A stretch of DNA of 63,462 bases, filler included, from Saprolegnia diclina VS20 (lineage: Eukaryota): assembly GCF_000281045.1 (NCBI RefSeq). It is 7 parts of 6 records of this genome, joined end to end, with 100 filler letters (N's around TTAATTAATTAA, not from the genome) between each part and the next. Parts side by side here need not be neighbours in the genome. Positions count along the whole stretch, not along the records: positions 56,041 to 62,286 come from NW_008246275.1; positions 62,387 to 63,462 come from NW_008246282.1; 5 more parts are not named here. One strand, 5' to 3'. The position numbers and the translations under genes were made by a program. How positions within the stretch are numbered: the first letter of the stretch is position 1; each line of letters starts with the position of its first letter. The notes beneath the pieces are model-generated. The model was not told the DNA's origin. It saw only the letters and a program-made list of their open reading frames with translations, and ran no database searches. Shown here piece by piece: positions 56,041-63,462 of the stretch.

Positions 56041-58500
56041 GTCGCGTGGAGAACTTTGCGCGTCGCCGCGTTGAGCGTCCACTTTTGATTGCCGTTGGCT
56101 GGATCGCACGCGTACATGTGGAGACGGTACTTGATTGGCGCCGACGCGTCTGGGTACACATCAAAACACCGCCCGAGGTTCCTGTCGCGAAGCTGCTTGG
56201 TCACGCTGTTGTAGATGAGCTGCTGACTCAAGCTTGGCGACACGCCAGGTACTTGTGTCCAAATGTTGTTGGCATCGGCGCCCACGATGCGGCCCCGGGT
56301 CGTGTAAAAAGACATCGTCGTGTCTGTCGAGGGCGTAGGAGTCGGTTTCGGCGTAGGAGTCGGCGTAGGTGTTTGTGTTGGCGTAGGTGTCGGTGTTGGC
56401 GTGGGTGTCGGTGTCGGCGTGGGTGTCGGTGTCGGCGTGGGTGTCGGTGTCGGCGTGGGTGTCGGTGTCGGCGTGGGTGTCGGCGTGGGTGTCGGCGTAG
56501 GAGTCGGCGTAGGAGTTAGCGTAGGAGTCGGCGGAGTGCCGTACGTGAACGCTTGGCAGAGCGGACCGACGGTCGCCGCGTTGCAAATCGTCTCGGGCTT
56601 GAACGCGACGTAGTACGTGCCCGCCTCGGCCGTCTTGGTCAGCCCCGACCCGATCGGCCCGGCGTAGATGCCCCAATCAGCGACGCTAAGCGAGAACGTC
56701 ACGGACGTCGACTGGCCCGGCGCAAGGTCGACCTTGGTAAACTTCTTGAGCATCTTGGTTTCCGGCGTGCCGCTCGCGCGCGTCTGCTGCGAGAGAAAGA
56801 GGAGGACCACCTCCTTGCCCTGCACCGCGCCCGTGTTCGTAACCGTGACTGCGGCCGTGATGGTGCCGCTGCCGCTGACCTGGGTGCTGCTCAGCGCAAA
56901 GTTGGTGTAGCTGAACGTCGTGTAGCTTAGACCCGCGCCAAAGTCCCACTCGGCGACACACGAGTCGGTGATGCACACACCGTTCTTGCGGTTGAAGTAC
57001 GGAGTGACCATGTTGGCGTACGTCGTGTCCTTGGGGTACGTCATGCTGAGCCGGCCGCTGGGGTTGGTGAGGCCGAGGATGATCTCGGCGATGGCCTGGC
57101 CACCGGCCTCGCAGGGCAGCATCGCGTCAATGACGGCGTGGACGACGTCGGCGACACCGTTGAGGATACGCGGACGCGCCTCCACGAGGACAAGGATGAC
57201 TTTGGTGCCGGTGGAGGCAATATCGCGAATGTACTGGAGCTGACCGGATGGTAGCGCCGCATCAGCGATATTGCCAGGCACCTCGGTCGATGGTGCCTCG
57301 CCGACCGCAATGATAGTGTACTGCGATGCGCTTGCCTTGGCCTTGGCCGTCGCGAGCGAGTCGGTTGTTCCGCCATTGATGTCGACACCCTATGTGCTCA
57401 TCAGCATGCAGTACATACGGAAGTTGTGAAATAACTGTACCTGAAGCATTTGAATCTTGTTCGCGTCGGCGCCGTAGAGGTCCTGGAAGCCTTTAATAAT
57501 CGACTTGCCCTTGGGAAAGCGGGCGTTGCCAGAGACACCTTGCCACTCGAGCGTCCACGCGCCGCAGAGGTAGCCAATGTTGTCGATGGACGNNNNNNNN
57601 NNNNNNNNNNNNNNNNNNNNNNNNNNNNNNNNNNNNNNNNNNNNNNNNNNNNNNNNNNNNNNNNNNNNNNNNNNNNNNNNNNNNNNNNNNNNNNNNNNNN
57701 NNNNNNNNNNNNNNNNNNNNNNNNNNNNNNNNNNNNNNNNNNNNNNNNNNNNNNNNNNNNNNNNNNNNNNNNNNNNNNNNNNNNNNNNNNNNNNNNNNNN
57801 NNNNNNNNNNNNNNNNNNNNNNNNNNNNNNNNNNNNNNNNNNNNNNNNNNNNNNNNNNNNNNNNNNNNNNNNNNNNNNNNNNNNNNNNNNNNNNNNNNNN
57901 NNNNNNNNNNNNNNNNNNNNNNNNNNNNNNNNNNNNNNNNNNNNNNNNNNNNNNNNNNNNNNNNNNNNNNNNNNNNNNNNNNNNNNNNNNNNNNNNNNNN
58001 NNNNNNNNNNNNNNNNNNNNNNNNNNNNNNNNNNNNNNNNNNNNNNNNNNNNNNNNNNNNNNCGCCGCCGAGTCCCGCGCGGTGATGTAGGACGATTCGC
58101 GCACAAGGTCGCGGTTGAACGACGCGCCCTTGTTGATCTGCTGCGGCGAAAGCGCGGCACCAAACGTGTAGCTCGCACCGTGGATCGAGTCGAGGGCGTA
58201 GAGCACTGGCGGCGCGCCAACCTCCTTGTAGATGGCTTGGATGCGGTTGATCATGGTGCGCCACGCAGTGACGTCCTTTTGGCCGTTGAGAAAGGATCCG
58301 ACACCGAGCCGCGCGCATTCGCGCACTCTGGCTTCGTCGAGGCCGTTGCTGTTGGTGATGTACGAGAGGTCGAGCTGCGTCATTTGGCCGATCCACTGGT
58401 CCACCGTCATGTTGGCGACAATCGTTTCGGCCATCGCATCGTAGTCGGGAGTGGCCACCGCCGCCGACGTCAAGATTGCAGCAGCCAGAACGAGCTTCAT
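56041..58500 (-). CDS. Secreted GH3 beta-glucosidase with Pro/Thr linker and ricin-B lectin domain (gap 57593-58062, intron 57440-57390, 3' end lost)
   Basis: [16 protein letters not shown] signal; [18 protein letters not shown], (PT)n linker, [17 protein letters not shown]. Confidence 0.88.
56333..56538 (-). repeat. Coding microsatellite for the (Pro-Thr)n linker
   Basis: Tandem GGTGTCGGCGTG-type hexamer units on the + strand. Confidence 0.92.
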
Positions 58501-59764
58501 GGCAGTATCGGTGTCGCTGGCGCACGAGTGGGCCCGATGAAACGTGGGTTAACGAAGAAGATTACCATTGCACAGTGTGGTCAGAAGATACTCACTGTCG
58601 ACGGATTCGATGGAGGCAGTCCTTACTGATATGGCATTCGCAGTTCGCACTCCGACGCGGTGAAACGTGAACATTGCTCGGCATAAACAGCACTTTATTT
58701 TATTACTCGAAATGCCGAGAAAGCTCGAGATTCCTAGTGTCATTGTCTCTGTCGTTCGCTGCCAAGTTCGCACGGCAACCAAGTTCACTTCGTCGTCCTC
58801 GAGCCGTCCGCGATAAGCGCTTGTTGTCCCCACGTTACTGTAAGCTGAGGTATCGTTCGAGACTCAACCGAGCCCTATCACGACAATGAGACATTGCCCT
58901 ATCACACGTACTACTGGCGAGTGTGCTGGCATGCTCTTTGCTACAAGCCACCGCGCGCGGCAGGAGCAAGATGGCTTAGGTGATGAGCTTATTGGCGCCT
59001 TGGTGCTGTAGGACGGCGATGCAACATGGCCGCACAAAGCGCCGATGACGATAATGTCCATATCCAACGCCACACACGACGTGCACCTGGGTCGACAGAC
59101 GCTCTATCATCCTGGGCACCACTTTCAACATCATCTTTTCTGCGTTTGCGCTGACCAAGTTTGTGTACCTCGTTGGGCATCGAGCAGTGCGTGAGTAGCG
59201 CAGATACCATGATAATACCCACGACCAAGGGTCCCAGCTACATGGACAACGGTCGGGCAAGCGAGCGGGGCGTTAGGAAATAGGCTGTAGGTAATCATGT
59301 TGGTTTGAGACCACGGCACATCGCCAGGATCGTACTTTGCTCCACGGTGGACGGACTCGGTTCTTGTGTTTGGATTCGCCGTTTAAAGCGTTGTCACTGC
59401 ACCTCTGTCCACACAGGCTCGACCGCTCGTGTCCATCACTTTGGTCGCTTTCCGCATCATGTTAACAACGTAACTCATATCCTCGGCCTCTCTGTCGCTG
59501 TAGCCAAGTTGGGAATCATCGCCTCTGGTTGTGTCGGGTGACCGAGATAACGGTTGGCTCTCGACGGTACTCTGAGCAAACGCGGTCGTGCCTGTGTCGT
59601 CATTCATGCCGTTGTAGCTATGACATTCGTGCTGTCCGAGGACATTGGTATCATGCGTCGCGCTGTCATGCTGCCACGAGTGCGATCTTTTGGTCGACGC
59701 TGATTGGCTGAATTTAACTTGGCCCCGAAGGTGCAACCTGAGACCAGAGGCGGTCATTTCGGAT

Positions 59765-61494
59765 ATGCTGCGGAAGGTGGCCAAATCGGCGGACGTTGTC
59801 GTCGTCGGCGCCGGCGTCGCGGGCTGCTCGGCCTTCTACGGCTTGGCCAAGCGCAACCGCAACACGGCCCAGCGTGGCGCACCGTCGTCCTTCAAGCCGA
59901 TGCTGCTCGACGCCATGTCGCCCATGTCGCTTACGAGCGCCCGCGGGTCGTTCCAGTACCGCAACTGGTGGCCTAACGCCGGCGAAGAGGCCATGATGCG
60001 CCTCGTGTCGCGCTCGATCGACCTCATGGACGACTACGCCGACGAGATTGATCTCAACCGCAACGGATACCTCTTTGTAACGCGAAGCGAGCGCCAAGTG
60101 TCAGTCTTCCGCGACCAAGCACTGCGCCACGAGGCGCTTGGCGGCGGCGCCCTTCGCGTGCACAACGGGTCCCTCGATGCCTACAACCCGTCGACGGCCG
60201 CCATCGACCGCGCCGACGGCTGCGACTTTATCCTGGGCGCCGACGCCGTTGCCTCGGCCTTTCCATCGCTCGCTGCGTCGGGGGCCGTCGCAGCGCTCCA
60301 CGTCCGTCGCGCGGGCTCGCTCAATCCCTTCAAGATGGTGCTCGATATGGAGCTGCAGATTGTGTGCTAACTGTCGGTCGTGCGTAGGGCAACTATCAAC
60401 TGACAAAGGCCACCGAGTACTGCCCGCACGCCGAAGTCGTTCGCGGCAAGATGGTCGACATCCATGCGGCGGGCGGGCGCATCTCGGGCATTACAGTTGT
60501 CATGCACAACGGCGACAAGCACTTTGTGGCAACGCCCAAGCTCGTCCTTGCGCCCGGGCCGATGCTGGAAGGCACGCTGCAGCTGCTGGCGAAGAAAAAA
60601 TTGCTCGGCGACCCGCTCCCGATCCAGCACGAACTCCACGCCCGCGTGGTCTTTGATGATCCCAAGCACATAATGACTTCGTCCGCGCCGCTGACATTCG
60701 ACATGGACCCGATCGGGCGGCTGCAGGTGCGTTTGCTTGCCGCCTAAGCAATGCGAGATGTATCAGTGTAGTTTGCACCGGACGAACGACAGGATGGCGA
60801 TCCTCTGGCGCATGCCGAGTTTCCCGCAGGTCCTTTTTGCGTTTTGGAGTTATAGTTAAAGGACTATGTAGGCGTCCACGTGCGGCCGTATGGCGACGGC
60901 AAGGCGCTCGCAGTCTGGACCTACGACACGGCGTTTGTGGACCCCGTGTTTCCGATTCAAACCATCTTGGATCCACGGTGCGTTTCAATGTGTTTCAAGT
61001 TGACACATTGATAATTTGTGGGTAGCTATGGCGAAATCTGCCTGCGGGGCCTCACGCCGCTCTTTCCTCAAATGGCCTCGTACTTGAGCGACCCCCATGT
61101 CCTCGCGTCGATGCAGGTACCGACAAAATCGAGCAGGCAACTTTTAACGAGGTGCAGGTGGACGGCGGCTACTACTGCAAGACGCCCGACAACCGGCCGC
61201 TCATCGGTCGTTTCGCGCAGAGTGTCGATGGTCTCTACTTCCAAGCCGCCATGACCGGCGTCGGCCTCATGTACAGCTAGACTTGATAAAGCAAAGGGTT
61301 TTGACTGTGCGAGTAGGTCAAGCGCCGCCGCCGGAGAGCTCTTGGCAGCGACGGTCATGGGCGACGTCGATTTTGAGAGCCCGTCGACGCCGCCACCGTT
61401 CGCAGCGTACGCCGATGCGCTGTCACCGAACCGATTCCAAGACGAAGCGTATCGGGAGTCGATTGCGGGCATGCAGACCTCGGGCCAAATGTAA
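59765..61494 (+). CDS. FAD-dependent oxidoreductase, DAO/sarcosine oxidase-like (multi-intron)
   Basis: Rossmann motif DVVVVGAGVAG; GYLF; C-terminal GGYYCKTPDNRPLIG and GVGLM-SSAAAGELLA. Reverse CCAAT (TGATTGG) at about 59701. Confidence 0.82.
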
Positions 61495-61742
61495 TACACG
61501 GCGTTCATCAAGAGTGTTGTAGTACATAGCTGTGAGAAATGATGGGATTGCATGTCCCTGTACGTGGCCCGCTCTTGATGGGTTGGATGGCTTTGTCAAG
61601 CTTGTTTCATGCGTAAGCTGCTAGTTTGAATCAAGCGAGAAGAACATTCGCGCGTGCCATAGTCGGTGACGACGATCTTTAGTCGGGTCGGCCCTCGTGA
61701 AACCATTTGATTGGCCAAATAGACTACTCTTTTCGACCAATC

Positions 61743-62286
61743 AGATGTGGCGAAAAACGAGCCATGGCGCCAGCACATCTCGCGGCGCCTCGGAGGCTCG
61801 ATTGAAAGTTTTTTGAAGTGCCGCCCATAGTTGGCAGATGGGTCGAGGACACTTTGGGGAGTACGAAACGCCCCGTGCGGCCGACGTTCGAGGCATAAAG
61901 CCCGAGAAATCGATCCTTGAAAGTTGCGGATGACGAGTTTTTGACGCTCAATAGCTCGTATACTAGACCCGTTGTCGGGGGCCAAATTACATTTCTTTGT
62001 AGTATACCATCTATTGAATTGTACGACGCGCAAGTTGGTGATCTATGTATCCACAATCTTGCAATACATGAGCCATTGCAAGTCCAAACCTCATCATCCG
62101 CAACCTTCAAGGATCGATTTCTCGAGCCCCGTGCCTCAAACGTCGGCCTCATGGGGCGTTTCGTACTCCCCAAAGTGTCCTCTATCGGTATGCCAATTAT
62201 GGGCGACGCTTCAAAAAACTTTCAATCGAGCCTCCGGGGCGCTGCAAGATGGCCGGTGGCGCCATGGCTCGTTTTTCGCCACATCT
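61743..62286. mobile_element. Foldback/MITE-like element, about 220-bp diverged inverted arms, right end cut by linker
   Basis: AGATGTGGCGAAAAACGAGCCATGGCGCCA at 61743 is the exact reverse complement of the sequence ending 62286. Similarity continues to about 61964/62064. No convincing coding capacity; TSD not visible. Confidence 0.6.
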
Positions 62287-63462
62287 NNNNNNNNNNNNNN
62301 NNNNNNNNNNNNNNNNNNNNNNNNNNNNNNTTAATTAATTAANNNNNNNNNNNNNNNNNNNNNNNNNNNNNNNNNNNNNNNNNNNNGGAAATGCAACAGC
62401 GGTGCCGGGTCGTGCCACGTAGAAAGGCCACTAAAAGGAGGTCGTTCCAACGACGCACACCATCTGTGCTGATGTCCAACTCTAGGGCCTGAGAAATTGT
62501 GGTCGCCGTCAAGGGTAATGTCAGCTATGCATGTGCACCTTGGTTTGGACGAGCGTCAACAACCTCTCGGAGCAAACAAAGACGGTCACGCCAGGCCAAG
62601 ACTAGTGGGCCGATGATGGGGGTTTGGCTCTCGCACAGACGTTCGGGATAAAGTAACAGGACCATCCAGAGTCGGATCAGAAACTTGCACATGGGACCTT
62701 GCGTGACACACGCTGGACGTTCCGCACGACGTCCGTGCAATCTGATAATGTAGCGTGGTGCTGACTGCAGTACATGAAATAGGTCTCGATACTATACATA
62801 GCTGGCCACGACCTCACCCCACCCAGAGCTACACCTCTCTCCAGAAGTTCTTTGAAAAGTTGTCTCGGTGCAATACGATTCCAATCTGGTTTCCAACTGG
62901 TAGAGTCCGTAGCAGGTAGGACTCTCGGTTCCTTCGGGTCGATGGATTTGCGAATTCATCCAAATACCTTTGTCAAACGGCACACGGGTGCTTGTAGGCG
63001 GCCGCGGTATCTGAAGCCGCGGATCCGACGATCCGACCTTGTCGATCGAGATGCACACGCGTCGCGGGGTTGCCCTGACGCATGCGCGTGGCGAGTTCTG
63101 TCTTTATCCAAATACCAACTGTGATTCGGTAGGAAGTTCAAGTGCACAAAGGTAGAGCTTTCTCATCTCTTGTCCATAGATCGACACGATTTTCGTATCC
63201 AGCGTCAAGTGCATTGTTGGCGTCTTCCACGCTCACTCGTCGATGGTCGCATGCTGACTTGGACATTCGAATGCTAGGTTATATAAGTATATTAGGCGCA
63301 AGTAAACATGAATGAAGCCCAACAAGAATGAAACACAACACGTATGTTTAAGCAATCACGTTGTACGCTACACACAAGAGATCGCGCTGCTTAGTAGCAG
63401 CCGTTAGTGCCGTTGGTGCCATTCGCGAGCACGAGCGTCGCGAGCTGGTCAAACACGGGCGT

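Noticed and set aside
56320..56613. (Gly-Val)n ORF on the + strand
   Set aside because: It is the antisense reading of the GH3 Pro/Thr linker.
62387..63462. Short ORFs in the last contig (similarly 49850-50479 and 58900-59500)
   Set aside because: No recognisable motifs, weak codon bias and no consistent splice model.

Overview
Eukaryotic, GC-rich, gene-dense DNA with very short GT-AG introns (41-63 nt). Oomycete-type INR/FPR core promoters (GCTCATTYYNCAWTTT-like), a sterol methyltransferase and ricin-lectin glycosidases suggest an oomycete, probably Saprolegniales (inference). The window is a pseudo-scaffold: six artificial 100-nt linkers (N44-TTAATTAATTAA-N44) and several plain N gaps separate contigs, so adjacency across linkers is unproven. 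In order it contains: a disrupted Lys-repeat/Cys-motif gene, sterol C24-methyltransferase with a multi-TM N-terminus, an ABCC transporter, two small double-basic-region bZIP-like genes, three SLC45/SUT-like sugar transporters, a gap-free five-gene ankyrin cluster, a GH1 array, a PfkB/adenosine kinase-like gene, a 1.47-kb inverted duplication (TMEM128 + PLAC8), a START-FYVE pseudogene, three secreted GH3 genes, a DAO-family oxidoreductase and a foldback element. The ORF track misses the ankyrin cluster (21124-35971). I spliced it by hand: each repeat is its own exon, all introns between repeats are phase 0, all five genes share a micro-exon leader, and two end in pseudokinases. One gene has two back-to-back intron pairs (AG|GT with no exon between) where repeat exons appear to have been precisely removed. 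Gene models are manual and not transcript-verified. No rRNA, tRNA or CRISPR was recognised.
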